A stretch of DNA of 43,804 bases from Enterobacter phage phiKDA1, in sequence record NC_027980.1; one strand, given 5' to 3'. Each line of letters starts with the position of its first letter. Within the stretch, counting starts at the first letter, position 1. The notes beneath the pieces were generated by a model. That model ran no database searches, was not told where the DNA came from, and saw only the letters and a program-made list of their open reading frames with translations. The position numbers were made by a program, and so were the translations under genes. Below are positions 26,185 to 36,726 of the stretch, one piece after another.

Positions 26185-26745
26185 ATGAGGGAGATTGATG
26201 CTGTAAACGTCACTATCGAAGCCCTCGGGGAATCTCGTATAGTTGACATCAACACAAGCAACCCCACTGCTGGGCTTGCTCGTGCAGCCCTGAACCGTAC
26301 CCGTAAGGGTGCCATTGCCACTGGTTTCTGGTTCAATACCATCTACCGCGACGCTACCCCTACAAGCACCACAGGCTTCATTAACGTGCCATGGGCGCAG
26401 TTGTCTCTTTATGATAGCTGCACTAACGAGAAGTACGGGGAGCGTGACGGGGTTCTATATAACCTCGTAGACCAGACTAAAGTATTCACTGATACAGTGC
26501 ATCTTAAGATTACGCTGGACATTGAGTTCGAGGACCTGCCAGAGCACTGCGCTATGTGGGTGGCTTATGCTACCGCCGCAGAGGTGTATCTGAACGACCT
26601 TGGCGCTGACGGGAACTACCAGCAGTTGCTTATGAAGGCTGCTGAATACGAGTCCCTGAACTATCGAGAGCACTTGCGTAATCAGAAATACAGTACTGCA
26701 CGTACTCGAACAGCCGGGCGTATCGCCTCCGGCTTCCGCATCTAA
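26185..26745 (+). CDS. Tail tubular protein A (gp11-like)
   Basis: 186 aa with a CAGGAGATA SD. Synteny with T7 gp11. Confidence 0.8.
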   Translation: MREIDAVNVTIEALGESRIVDINTSNPTAGLARAALNRTRKGAIATGFWFNTIYRDATPTSTTGFINVPWAQLSLYDSCTNEKYGERDGVLYNLVDQTKVFTDTVHLKITLDIEFEDLPEHCAMWVAYATAAEVYLNDLGADGNYQQLLMKAAEYESLNYREHLRNQKYSTARTRTAGRIASGFRI

Positions 26746-26760
26746 TTAGGAGATACACCC

Positions 26761-29121
26761 TTGGCGAAAACCTTCGAAGGTGTTATGCCCAGTTTGCTAC
26801 AGGGCGTATCCCAACAGATTCCACGAGAGCGCCAACCTGGGCAGTTAGGCGCTTTAAAGAACATGCTCTGTGACCCAGTTACGGGACTGCGCCGTAGACC
26901 TCCAGCTCGCAGCATCAGCTTAACCACGATGCCTGCCCCAGCAGACGACTTCCTGTTCACTGCGTACATTGAGCGCGGCACGGACGGTAGGCATCTGCTG
27001 ATTAATACGCAGACAGGTTACTGGCAGCTTCTGAGTAAAGACACAGGTACGCTGGTTAACTCAGGCACTAGCGCGTACCTGCAGACCGGCATCGGCGCTA
27101 CAAGCATCCAGACAGCCAGCATCAACGGCTTGACCTATATTCTGAACACAGAGAAGCAACCTGTTACTACAGTAAGTAACACGGGCAAGCTCAACCCTAC
27201 TACTACAGGGTTCTTCCGGGTGAATACAGCAGCCTTTGGCAAGCGCTGGGAAATCTCAGTGTCCTGGACAGGTGGCTCTGTGACAGGTTACTCTAACATC
27301 AGCACCGGGGCCAGCGCAGAGGATGCAGCAACGTCTACGATTACGCAGAACCTGGTAGAGGGTGGCAACCGCTGGAGCAGCGGTATCCGTACAGCGGTAG
27401 AGGCCGCTGGAGGTTCAGTAACCCGAGATTCATCTGGGGCCTGTATCTTCATCAGCGGCCTGCCGAACCTGGTAGTTACTTCCAGCTCAGGCACTACTTA
27501 TGCTACGTGGTCTAACCAAAGCAGAGTGGACCAGGAATCAGACTTGCCCGCAGCCCTCCCGAGTATTGCTGACGGGGCTATGTGTAGAGTAGGTCAGGCT
27601 GGGTCGGATGCTACTTGGTACAGGTATGATTACAGCACCAGGACCTGGGAAGAAGATGGGGCTTACGGTAGTATCAGTAGCATCTCTAATATGCCTCTGG
27701 AACTGGCAGCCGATGATAATATTATCGTGCGCAACTTCGAGGGACGATTAGCGGGCGACGACGATACTAACGAAGACCCGGCATTCGTAAAGAACGGGTA
27801 CATCACAGGTATCGCAGCGTTCCAGGGTAGATTGGTATTGCTATCCGGGGCTAGTGTCTGCATGAGCGCCAGCGGCTTGTACCAGAGATTCTATCGCAGC
27901 ACAGTGACGTCTCTGCTGGATACCGACCGTATTGATATTGCATCTGCATCGGCACAGGACTCAGTGTTCCGTACAGCGCTACAGTTCAACCGGGACTTAG
28001 TAGTGTTTGGGGATAGTATGCAAGCGGTAGTCCCGGGTGGGAACGCGCTTACGCCTACTAATGCAAGCATAACCTTAACCTCAGAGTTCTCTTGCGACAG
28101 CAGAGTGTCCCCGGTAGTTACAGGGCAGACGCTCCTGTATGCTAACCGTAGGAATCAGAGCTACGCTGGGTTGCTAGAGTTCATACCATCAGCTTACACC
28201 TCCTCGCAGTATGTTTCTCAGGATGCTACGGTGCATTTACCGAAGTACATCCCAGGACGTATTATGAATATGGATGTATCCAGCGTTACGAACATCGGGT
28301 TCTTCCGGTACTCTGGGGAGCGCAACTCTCTGCTGGTGTATGAGTTCCTGTGGGGTTCTGATGGGGTTAAGTCCCAGGCAGCCTACCACAAGTGGGTGCT
28401 CCCCGCTACGATACTGAATATGCACGCACAGTCCGAGCTTATGTACTTGTTTGTACGCGGAGCTGATGGGAACGTACAGGCACTGCAAGTGGACCCTCGT
28501 GAGGGGTTCATTGCTGGTGCAGCTTACGATTATCCATATGTAGACCTACCCCTTCCAGTCACAGTAACTGGGCGCAGCTTCTCTTTACCAGCGGCACTAC
28601 GCTTTTCCGGTGTTACCGTAGGGGATATTGCTCTGGCTTATAAAGAGGATGCTACGGCAGCAGGCGCAGAGCTAGGTTTAAGCAGCCTGGATGACTCCTG
28701 GAACGTTCAAACAGTTCGAGGTGTACCAGACGGCAGTTACTACATAGGACTCCGCACAGAGGCTCTGGCGAAGCTTACGCCGCCTATGCTGAAGGACCAG
28801 AACGATAACCTCGTAGGCTCTGGGCATGTACGCTTACTGCGACTGGATGTAGCTACTCGCAGCTCCGGAGACTTTGACGTAGAGGTACTGGATACTACTC
28901 GGGATGTAGATACAACTGACGAAGTATCAGGGGTGCTGATGAACTCTAAAGAACTAGCCCCGGGGCTTCCGCTCAAGGCTGATTTAGGGAATATTATAAT
29001 CCCTTGCCGTACTAACTCAGATACAACCGAGGTAACTCTCAGTACGTCCGGTACTCAGGAGATGAACGTGCTGGATGTTTCGTACATCCTTAGATACAAC
29101 CAACGCAGACAGAGGGTTTAA
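26761..29121 (+). CDS. Tail tubular protein B (gp12-like)
   Basis: 786 aa. The N-terminal stretch LLQGVSQQIPRERQPGQLGALKN...LRRRPP aligns with the T7 gp12 N-terminus. Apparent TTG start with an AGGAG SD. Confidence 0.85.
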   Translation: MAKTFEGVMPSLLQGVSQQIPRERQPGQLGALKNMLCDPVTGLRRRPPARSISLTTMPAPADDFLFTAYIERGTDGRHLLINTQTGYWQLLSKDTGTLVNSGTSAYLQTGIGATSIQTASINGLTYILNTEKQPVTTVSNTGKLNPTTTGFFRVNTAAFGKRWEISVSWTGGSVTGYSNISTGASAEDAATSTITQNLVEGGNRWSSGIRTAVEAAGGSVTRDSSGACIFISGLPNLVVTSSSGTTYATWSNQSRVDQESDLPAALPSIADGAMCRVGQAGSDATWYRYDYSTRTWEEDGAYGSISSISNMPLELAADDNIIVRNFEGRLAGDDDTNEDPAFVKNGYITGIAAFQGRLVLLSGASVCMSASGLYQRFYRSTVTSLLDTDRIDIASASAQDSVFRTALQFNRDLVVFGDSMQAVVPGGNALTPTNASITLTSEFSCDSRVSPVVTGQTLLYANRRNQSYAGLLEFIPSAYTSSQYVSQDATVHLPKYIPGRIMNMDVSSVTNIGFFRYSGERNSLLVYEFLWGSDGVKSQAAYHKWVLPATILNMHAQSELMYLFVRGADGNVQALQVDPREGFIAGAAYDYPYVDLPLPVTVTGRSFSLPAALRFSGVTVGDIALAYKEDATAAGAELGLSSLDDSWNVQTVRGVPDGSYYIGLRTEALAKLTPPMLKDQNDNLVGSGHVRLLRLDVATRSSGDFDVEVLDTTRDVDTTDEVSGVLMNSKELAPGLPLKADLGNIIIPCRTNSDTTEVTLSTSGTQEMNVLDVSYILRYNQRRQRV

Positions 29122-29123
29122 TT

Positions 29124-29744
29124 ATGTGGTGGGTGGTTGCTGCTATGGCAGCTAAAGCGGTTCTTGGGGCCGGGTCTGAGATGAAAGCCTCCAAAGCTCA
29201 AAATACAGCGGCTATGACGCAGCTGGCTAAAGGTGTAACTCAGATTAACCTGAACCGTACAGCCTCCCGCCAGCGCACTGCGCAAGCCCTTTACAATACA
29301 CAAATACAAGCTGACCAGGTACGCTCCCAGATTGGGTTACAGTCCGCTGCCTCTGACACTATCGGGGCATCTGTGCAGGATGCTGTCAGCACGGTTAATA
29401 TTCAAGAGGACCGTCAAACGTCCTCCATTAACCGACAGCAAGCCCAGACTGAGGAGCAGTTGCGCTTACAAGTTGACAGGGCTATTGACGATACCAGTGC
29501 ACGTATGGATTGGGAGAGCGGCTCTGATAAGCTGTGGAACGGGCTACTCAGTATGGGGGGTCAGATGGCTGGGCAGTACGCTGGTGGGGCTATGAGTAGC
29601 CTCGGCAGTTCCGGCGGAGAGTCCGCTGGGGCTGCAAGTACACAGAGCACCAACTCAACTGGCTATGACCTGTGGGGCAGCCAGGGTAGTGGCGGTAACA
29701 GCGGGCAAGTACAATCCTGGAAAAGCTATTTAGGGAGTAACTAA
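29124..29744 (+). CDS. Internal virion protein A (gp13/14-like)
   Basis: 206 aa with an N-terminal hydrophobic segment. Position matches. Confidence 0.6.
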   Translation: MWWVVAAMAAKAVLGAGSEMKASKAQNTAAMTQLAKGVTQINLNRTASRQRTAQALYNTQIQADQVRSQIGLQSAASDTIGASVQDAVSTVNIQEDRQTSSINRQQAQTEEQLRLQVDRAIDDTSARMDWESGSDKLWNGLLSMGGQMAGQYAGGAMSSLGSSGGESAGAASTQSTNSTGYDLWGSQGSGGNSGQVQSWKSYLGSN

Positions 29745-29745
29745 T

Positions 29746-32430
29746 ATGCCAGTAATTAATACACAGCGTCAGGGTCTGAATCTGGGGGCTGCTGAGCTAG
29801 CACCCTCTCAGGCAGACTTTGCTGTAGGCGTAGGTGCTCCTACTATTGACCAGGCATCCCTGAATCGTAGGGCTGCGGTAGAGAAGTTCTTCGGAGACTT
29901 TACAGTAGGGTTTCAGCAGGGCGTAGAGGCTGAGGGTGCTAAGGCTGCTGTACGCGGTGCTATGGATGCCCAAGGCTCTATGGATGCCGCTGGAGAGCTG
30001 GACGAGAACGTTAAGAAGCAAGGGTTCCTTCTCCGTGGTTATTACCAGGAGGGGTACTTACAAGCTGCGGCTAGTGGAGAACTAGCCCGGTGGAAAGCAG
30101 ACTCTGTTAAGCGCGCTAGTGATGCAGCGTTGTCTGGAATGTCAGACCAGGAGTTTCATCAGCAGGAGCAGAAGTACGTCCAGCAGATGCAAGATAAGCT
30201 CGGCCTGTACCTCCCTAAGATGGATACACAGTCTCAGGCAGCTACCCTGAAGCAGTTGCAAATGACCAGCGCAGGTAACTACGTAGCATTCCAGAAAGGA
30301 CGTGCAGAATATGCTGTAGTGCAGGCTGACCGTGCCTTAGATAAGAACCTTAGCGCTAGCTCTGATGAGTTCTATGCTCGTATTGAGCAAGGGCAAGCGG
30401 GGGCTGCTGAAGGCGCTGTGATGGGCGGTATGGAAGCTATCCTGGGTGCTGCACACTTGGACAAAGATAAGAAGCTGGCCCGTGCTAAGAACTACCTGGT
30501 TAGTATCGCTCAGAATACTACTGACCCTATGCTTATTGACAAGCTACAGCAACTGGCTACACGGGAGCTGGGCGTTAACGCGGTTGAGGTTAACAAGGAG
30601 CTGTACTCCGAGTTTAAACGCGCAGGTTCCCAGCTTGAATCCGAAGTCCGCTTTAATATCTCGGACCAGTTGCAGATTCTGCAAAATGCTTCCCCGGAGG
30701 AGCAGGAGCAGGGTATGCAGAATATTCGCGCAGAGTTAATTAAGTACGGGCAGATGGATGTACTCAGCCCAGGCACTCAGATGGAAATCTGGGACAGTGC
30801 CAATAAGCTGCGTGAGCAGGCGTCTGCTAAGTACGCATTAGAGAACGTAATCTCTAGCAATGCGCCTACTACGGTGCTGGCGGGTATGTTCGGAGGGGAC
30901 GTTGACAAGGCTCGTAACCAGGTTCTGGGACAGTTCCCTGACACTGCTCAGGGTAACGTACTGTTAGCGCAGTACGGTGCATCCAGCAAGGACCCATGGG
31001 CTATTCAGACAGCACAATCTCGTATGTCCAAGAACCTGTCTAATACCTTAGCTAGTCTGGACCAGCTTGGGGAGGATGGGCAAATCTCCACAGAGAACCA
31101 AGCCACCATCGCTACTTGGGTGCAGATGTATCAACAGAGTACGGACGTAGGTAAGATGGCACTACTGGACTCTGTACCTGGTGATTGGAAGGGTGTAGTA
31201 CAGCGTGCGGCTTCTCAAGGGCCTAGTAACGCTAGCAACATCATGCTAGACGATATCCGCAGGTTGTCTCAGAATAAGGCGTCGGGACGCTACAACAACC
31301 TTGCAGTAAATCCTACCGAGGATATGCTGGATGCTAAGGGTACTGCTAACTGGTTCAGCTTCGGAGACACTGCGGATATGCAGCGTCAGGAAGGGCGTGC
31401 TGCTATGGAAGCGGAGTACCGCTATCTGTACCGCACTAACCCAGAGGCGCTAGTAGGGAAAAGCGCTGAGGATATCAGCACTATGCTCGCTGGGAACATC
31501 CAGGCTCGTAAGCTAGAGATTGACGTAGCAGGCAAGCCTCGGCATGTGTATCTCCCCGCAGGCTCCTCTATGAAGGACCTGATGGGTAGTTATCAGGGCG
31601 ATACTCAGCAGTACACCACTGCGTTGCAGCAGACTGTGCAAGACGCTGTAGATGGCGTTGTAGACCCTAGCAAGGTGCAGAAGGTTATCATCCAGGCAGG
31701 GACTGCTGGTTCCCGTGGGCAGAACCTTACTGCTACTGTAATTGATACTGACGGGCTTATGCATAACGTTAGCATCAATAACTCGCAGGTACAGGAGCTG
31801 GCTCAGGAAGGTTATGACAAGGCTCTGGCGGGCGGCGTTAAGATTGGCAGTACTGCTGTAGGCTCTAGACCAGCAACCTTCTATGACCACGACAACGGGC
31901 GCACTGTGCAGATGAACGTGGACGGGAAGAATACTATAGGTGTAGACCCGAACCTGTTCTCTGAGATTACAGCTAATACTATGCAGTTCGAAGGGTACAG
32001 GGCTAAGAAGGGCAATGGTAGCGTAGGCTTTGGCCTGCATGACAAGTCCGGTATGCCTGTTCCTAAAGAGCTTACGCCAGCTTGGGCTGTGTCTGTGCTT
32101 AAGACTAGCATGGAGAAGCAGTACCTTCCGGCTGTGCAGAAGCAGCTTAAGTCTAACGCTTTACCAGCAACAGATGAAGCCATGAAGGTTATGTTTGACC
32201 TGAACTATCATGGTGGTAACGGTAGTTCTGCTCCAGTAGCAGAAGCAGTAGCGCAGGTTCGTAAAGCGCGGAAGCAACCTGTAGGGGCTTACCAGTACCC
32301 GGTCTCCGAAGCCGAGGGTAAGGCCTGGCAGACTCTGCGTGCGCAGCCAGCGTACAAGCAGGCGCAGCCATCACGTAAGAAGTACTTGGAAGAGAACTTC
32401 CGCAGTTGGCTGTATGGAACCCGCTTCTAA
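29746..32430 (+). CDS. Internal virion protein B (gp15-like)
   Basis: 894 aa. Synteny with T7 gp15. Confidence 0.7.
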   Translation: MPVINTQRQGLNLGAAELAPSQADFAVGVGAPTIDQASLNRRAAVEKFFGDFTVGFQQGVEAEGAKAAVRGAMDAQGSMDAAGELDENVKKQGFLLRGYYQEGYLQAAASGELARWKADSVKRASDAALSGMSDQEFHQQEQKYVQQMQDKLGLYLPKMDTQSQAATLKQLQMTSAGNYVAFQKGRAEYAVVQADRALDKNLSASSDEFYARIEQGQAGAAEGAVMGGMEAILGAAHLDKDKKLARAKNYLVSIAQNTTDPMLIDKLQQLATRELGVNAVEVNKELYSEFKRAGSQLESEVRFNISDQLQILQNASPEEQEQGMQNIRAELIKYGQMDVLSPGTQMEIWDSANKLREQASAKYALENVISSNAPTTVLAGMFGGDVDKARNQVLGQFPDTAQGNVLLAQYGASSKDPWAIQTAQSRMSKNLSNTLASLDQLGEDGQISTENQATIATWVQMYQQSTDVGKMALLDSVPGDWKGVVQRAASQGPSNASNIMLDDIRRLSQNKASGRYNNLAVNPTEDMLDAKGTANWFSFGDTADMQRQEGRAAMEAEYRYLYRTNPEALVGKSAEDISTMLAGNIQARKLEIDVAGKPRHVYLPAGSSMKDLMGSYQGDTQQYTTALQQTVQDAVDGVVDPSKVQKVIIQAGTAGSRGQNLTATVIDTDGLMHNVSINNSQVQELAQEGYDKALAGGVKIGSTAVGSRPATFYDHDNGRTVQMNVDGKNTIGVDPNLFSEITANTMQFEGYRAKKGNGSVGFGLHDKSGMPVPKELTPAWAVSVLKTSMEKQYLPAVQKQLKSNALPATDEAMKVMFDLNYHGGNGSSAPVAEAVAQVRKARKQPVGAYQYPVSEAEGKAWQTLRAQPAYKQAQPSRKKYLEENFRSWLYGTRF

Positions 32431-32530
32431 CGGAGGTGGTCCTTATCTTGGCTACTAGGAAATAGACTAGTTTAATTAAAGTAAGGGGCCTCGGCCCCTG
32501 CTCTTATCACAATTCTTTTGAGGGAATACA

Positions 32531-35500
32531 ATGGCTCAGTTCTTGAATCAAGAAGCTAATCCACAAGAAAAGGATTCTGCTAAGAGTACTACACTGAACC
32601 CAGCACCAGAGAAGCTGGACTGGAACAGTGCTACGGACATGGGTGTGAATGCGCTTGAGCGTGCTGCTATCCAGGCATCAGGCAAGACCCCTGCTGTTAC
32701 AGCGGGTGAAAGCTTCGCTGCTGGTATGGGTAATAGTATCATTGCCGCTGCCATCCGTAAAGCTGATGCTCCGGACTTTGAGACAGACTACAACTGGGAT
32801 GCTCGTAAGATTATGCCGCAGGACCAGAGTATGCGTCTGCTTGCGCCTAACCAGGACGAGATTGATTACCTGCACGACTCTGTGAGTCAGGATGATTATC
32901 AGTACCGTATACAGCAAATGCTGGATCAACGACAGAGGGACCAGGATGTATCTAAGAACATTGTATCTGGTATTGCCGGTTCTATTATCGGTGATGCTCC
33001 CATTATGCTGGCTCCTCTTGGGGCTGCTGGTATTGCTGGGCGTACTGGGTTAGCTGTACGTACCGCTATCCGTGCTGCTGACGTCGGTAGTGCTGTGTAT
33101 GCATCGGACCAGCTCGGGCAAAGCGAAGGAGTAGCTGCATTGGTTGCAGGTATCTCAGGCGTAGACCAGCTATGGGATATGGCTCGCGTAGCTAAGGCTG
33201 CTGGACGTGCTGAGTCAGCAGCTAGCAGGGCTTCTCGCTTTGACCCGGATGCACCTACTAAGCGTACTGCTAAAGACACTGTGTATGCTCGTACAGCGGC
33301 CTCTGAGGAGGCTGCGGTTAAGCCCCTGGTAGAGCCTATCCAGGTACTGAAGGGACAGCAGGCGAAGGTTGTAGTGCGTGCTAAGGACGTTACTGAGCAT
33401 CTCATGAAGTCTGCGTATCTGGACGATGGTCAGAAAGCTATCCTGAAGACTCTGGATGGTTTAGTAGACGACGTGCCTATGCACCTTACTGGGGATACGA
33501 ACCTGCGCAGCGCGTACTATCGTATGCCTGATGCAGGTACAGACTACATCGCTATGCGTGCCAGTAAAGCTTCTCAGGGTAAGACCTGGAGCACTGTAGG
33601 CGATGCCCTGAACTCACTGGACCAGAACACTGCTAAGATTGCTGTGCATGAGCTTGTACACGCTGCTACAGTACGCGCAATGAACTCTACGGTACCTGAA
33701 GCTGTTGCTGCAAGAGAAGCCTTGCAGAAGCTGGGGCAGGAGCTTTCAGAGCGTGCTGACCTACCTAAGAACCTGCGCTATTTCGCTAATTCTCCAGAGG
33801 AGATGCTGGCGGGGTTAGCGGACAGTAAGCACTGGGTGGATTATCTTAACTCTGTACAGGTCGGGGATAAGACGCTGCTGCGCCGTATTGGTGAGACAGT
33901 GCTGCGTGCCTTGGGGTACAAGGGCAATGACACTGCGTTAGCCAAGGTTCTGGATTCCTACGAGAGCGTACTTAAGGTTGCGGCTGACGATGCTCAGACT
34001 ATACGCTTCAAGAGCGACGCTATGTCCAGCTTCGGCGAGAACGTAGCGGCTACGGCAGCGGGGGACCAGAAGCTACTGGAACGGGTTAAGACAGGCTTCA
34101 AGACCAACTTCGCACTCTACGACAACATTGCGCAGGGTAACAAAGACCTCGCGGATTTACTGGTATCTGACGGAGCTGCCGTAGGCGCTCGTAAACCCTC
34201 TGTAGCAGACTTTAAGCGTAACCTGATGCTTGAGATGGATGCTAGCGCCAGCGTCGTTGAGGACGCTATTACAAGCGCTCTGAAACAACAGCAGGGCGTA
34301 GGTATGCTGGACAGGTTCTTCCATCGCGCTAAGTTTACTACTGCGCGCCGGGACTTGGAGCAACGTGTAGGTGCATACCTTGATGATGCTTACTCTGCTG
34401 AGGTAGCTGGGCGTGCTGTACCTGTACCGCCAGAGGATATCGCCCCAGTAATTAAGGCGTACAAGGACTCCGGCTGGGCTGGGAAATGGTACGACCATAT
34501 GCAAGCCTCTGGGCTTGTAGACGATGCTACCATCGTCCGCTCAGACTACTACTTCCCGCGCCAGTACAGTTACGACAAGATGCGCCAGGTTCTGCGTGAG
34601 GGACGTACTCTGGATAACTACCGAGACCTGTTCCGTCAAGCCCTGCGTGACATCTACCCTACCATGGAATCTGAAGTAGTCCAGCGCGTAGCTAAGGAAA
34701 TCACTGACGGTATCTACAACGGCAGGGCTGGTGGTACTGGTCCTATGTGGAAGCAGCTTATCAACGGCATGGGCAATGATGAGCTTGTCATGGCTATGCG
34801 TCAGGCGGGTATCGACGAGGCAGACATTCAAGGCTTCCTCAGTACTAACGTTAAACCGTCTGGGGCTACTGCTCCCGCCCGGAACCTGAAGCAGCGTAAC
34901 CGCTTTAATATGTCTAAGGAGTACATCGTGGATGGGCAGCCGATGCGCTTACAAGACCTCCTGGACACTGACGTAGCCAAGGTAATGCATGGGTACACTA
35001 ACAGGATGTCGGGGCGTGTAGGCATGTCCTACGCTGGTATAGAGGACCTGAAGCAGCTTGAGACCATGATTAACGAAGGTAAGCACACGCTGGCTGACCC
35101 GGGTAAATGGGAACAGGCTGTGAATGATACCATAGACTTCATGCTCGGAGGTGTAGCGGGTGGTGCAGGGGCACAGCTTCCTGAAATCTTCCGCGCTGCT
35201 GGGAACCTTGCTAATGCGACCATGCTCAAGAACTCCGCGCTGTATCAGATTACCGACACGGCTCTGGCTATGAAAGAGTTCGGCATGGCTAGAGTGCTTC
35301 GGAGTATGCGCGAGCAGTCTTGGTTCAAAGAAGGTTCTGTAGTCTTCAAGGACCAGGACATGGCTGGGCGTCTGGATTCTATCCTGCGAGGGTCTTTGCA
35401 GAAGGAGATGCGTTTCCGCTGGCTCAATACCTATGCTGACGATAACCTGGATTTGACACGCAGTAGCAATTGGTTCAACGTTACACAGAACGTAGGCCAA

Positions 35501-36241
35501 GCTGCTCGGCATGTTAACGGGATGTCCATGGTGCATAGGGCGCAGGTTAACTGGAACTCTGGTATCGTTATGGATGAGTTGCAGAATATGCTCAACGGGT
35601 CTGCCGATGCAGTCAAGCGCCTGGAGCGATGGGGTCTGGATAAGGACCTCGCTAAGCAGATGCAAGCTGCATACGCCAAGAACCCGGGTAAGATGCTGCC
35701 GCCGGACCTGCAAATGCAAATGGAGGTTGTAGGCTCGCGCTTAATGGATTACGTAGTGCAGCAGGTACGTACAGGTGAGACTAGTCACTTTGCACAGTTC
35801 AGCCCAGTAGGGAAGGTTGTTGTAGGCTACCAGAGCTTTGCTATGGCTGCTACGAACAAGATTCTGCGCAGGGAGATGAATGATGCAGGCTGGATTGGCT
35901 TAGCTCATATCGCTGCGTATCAGTTCCCTATGATGCTGCTCATGACTCAGGCTAAGTATGCTCTGGATGGGAAAGCCGGGGAGCAGTCTGACAAGAAACT
36001 CATTACTGATGCAGTAATGGGTATGTCCGTGCTCGGCGGCCTCACCATGATTCAGGGTGTGTTTGGGGACCAATCCCCGCGTCACAGCTTGGCAGGTATG
36101 GGCTACATCATGGGTATGCTCGGCCTAATGCAGGACGTAGCTAGTGGTAACGTGGATGCCAAGGGCCTATCTAAGCAGATGCCTTTAATTCAGGAGTTCG
36201 CGCCTACGCGAGCCATCATTAATAACTTTGGAGATGATTAA
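32531..36241 (+). CDS. Internal virion protein C (gp16-like ejection protein)
   Basis: 1236 aa, the largest gene. Synteny with T7 gp16. Confidence 0.7.
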   Translation: MAQFLNQEANPQEKDSAKSTTLNPAPEKLDWNSATDMGVNALERAAIQASGKTPAVTAGESFAAGMGNSIIAAAIRKADAPDFETDYNWDARKIMPQDQSMRLLAPNQDEIDYLHDSVSQDDYQYRIQQMLDQRQRDQDVSKNIVSGIAGSIIGDAPIMLAPLGAAGIAGRTGLAVRTAIRAADVGSAVYASDQLGQSEGVAALVAGISGVDQLWDMARVAKAAGRAESAASRASRFDPDAPTKRTAKDTVYARTAASEEAAVKPLVEPIQVLKGQQAKVVVRAKDVTEHLMKSAYLDDGQKAILKTLDGLVDDVPMHLTGDTNLRSAYYRMPDAGTDYIAMRASKASQGKTWSTVGDALNSLDQNTAKIAVHELVHAATVRAMNSTVPEAVAAREALQKLGQELSERADLPKNLRYFANSPEEMLAGLADSKHWVDYLNSVQVGDKTLLRRIGETVLRALGYKGNDTALAKVLDSYESVLKVAADDAQTIRFKSDAMSSFGENVAATAAGDQKLLERVKTGFKTNFALYDNIAQGNKDLADLLVSDGAAVGARKPSVADFKRNLMLEMDASASVVEDAITSALKQQQGVGMLDRFFHRAKFTTARRDLEQRVGAYLDDAYSAEVAGRAVPVPPEDIAPVIKAYKDSGWAGKWYDHMQASGLVDDATIVRSDYYFPRQYSYDKMRQVLREGRTLDNYRDLFRQALRDIYPTMESEVVQRVAKEITDGIYNGRAGGTGPMWKQLINGMGNDELVMAMRQAGIDEADIQGFLSTNVKPSGATAPARNLKQRNRFNMSKEYIVDGQPMRLQDLLDTDVAKVMHGYTNRMSGRVGMSYAGIEDLKQLETMINEGKHTLADPGKWEQAVNDTIDFMLGGVAGGAGAQLPEIFRAAGNLANATMLKNSALYQITDTALAMKEFGMARVLRSMREQSWFKEGSVVFKDQDMAGRLDSILRGSLQKEMRFRWLNTYADDNLDLTRSSNWFNVTQNVGQAARHVNGMSMVHRAQVNWNSGIVMDELQNMLNGSADAVKRLERWGLDKDLAKQMQAAYAKNPGKMLPPDLQMQMEVVGSRLMDYVVQQVRTGETSHFAQFSPVGKVVVGYQSFAMAATNKILRREMNDAGWIGLAHIAAYQFPMMLLMTQAKYALDGKAGEQSDKKLITDAVMGMSVLGGLTMIQGVFGDQSPRHSLAGMGYIMGMLGLMQDVASGNVDAKGLSKQMPLIQEFAPTRAIINNFGDD

Positions 36242-36243
36242 GC

Positions 36244-36726
36244 ATGTCAAATCGGGCAGTTGTAGTGTACGATGAACGTAGCCCTAGCTGCCTCGTTTAT
36301 ACGCATAGTCGATTCAAATCTAAAGTAGGCAGACCTGCTGGAGCGGTAAATGCGTGTGGTTATTATGACCTAAGCTCTGCTCCTGTGGGTTGCCGCAGTC
36401 GCTTGGCTCACCGTATCGTGTGGGAGCTGCACTACGGAGAAATCCCAGAAGGATTAGAGATTGACCACATAGATGGTAATCCGGGGAATAACGTTATAAG
36501 TAACCTTCGACTAGCTGATGATAATCTTCAAATGCATAATCGCAAGGTTAGAAAGGATAAACTAAACGACTTGCCGAAGGGTGTGTTTCCCAACGGAAAG
36601 CGATACATGGGTCGGGTAACTGTACATGGTACTCGTATATCTAAAACATTTGCTACCGTAGAGGATGCTGCCGCATGGGTTCGTAGCGTACGTGAGTATG
36701 CTGCTGGCGCAAGCGTCCGGCATTAA
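36244..36726 (+). CDS. HNH-AP2 homing endonuclease, copy 4
   Basis: Motif AHRIVWELHYGEIPEGLEIDHIDGNPGNNVISNLRL. Its 3' end overlaps the start region of the tail-fiber gene. Confidence 0.8.
   Translation: MSNRAVVVYDERSPSCLVYTHSRFKSKVGRPAGAVNACGYYDLSSAPVGCRSRLAHRIVWELHYGEIPEGLEIDHIDGNPGNNVISNLRLADDNLQMHNRKVRKDKLNDLPKGVFPNGKRYMGRVTVHGTRISKTFATVEDAAAWVRSVREYAAGASVRH

Noticed and set aside
32485-32498. GGGGC-CTCG-GCCCC hairpin after the gp15-like gene as a terminator.
   Set aside because: The stem is only 5 bp, and the nearest T-run is about 17 nt downstream. Possibly a weak attenuator, but not supportable as a terminator.
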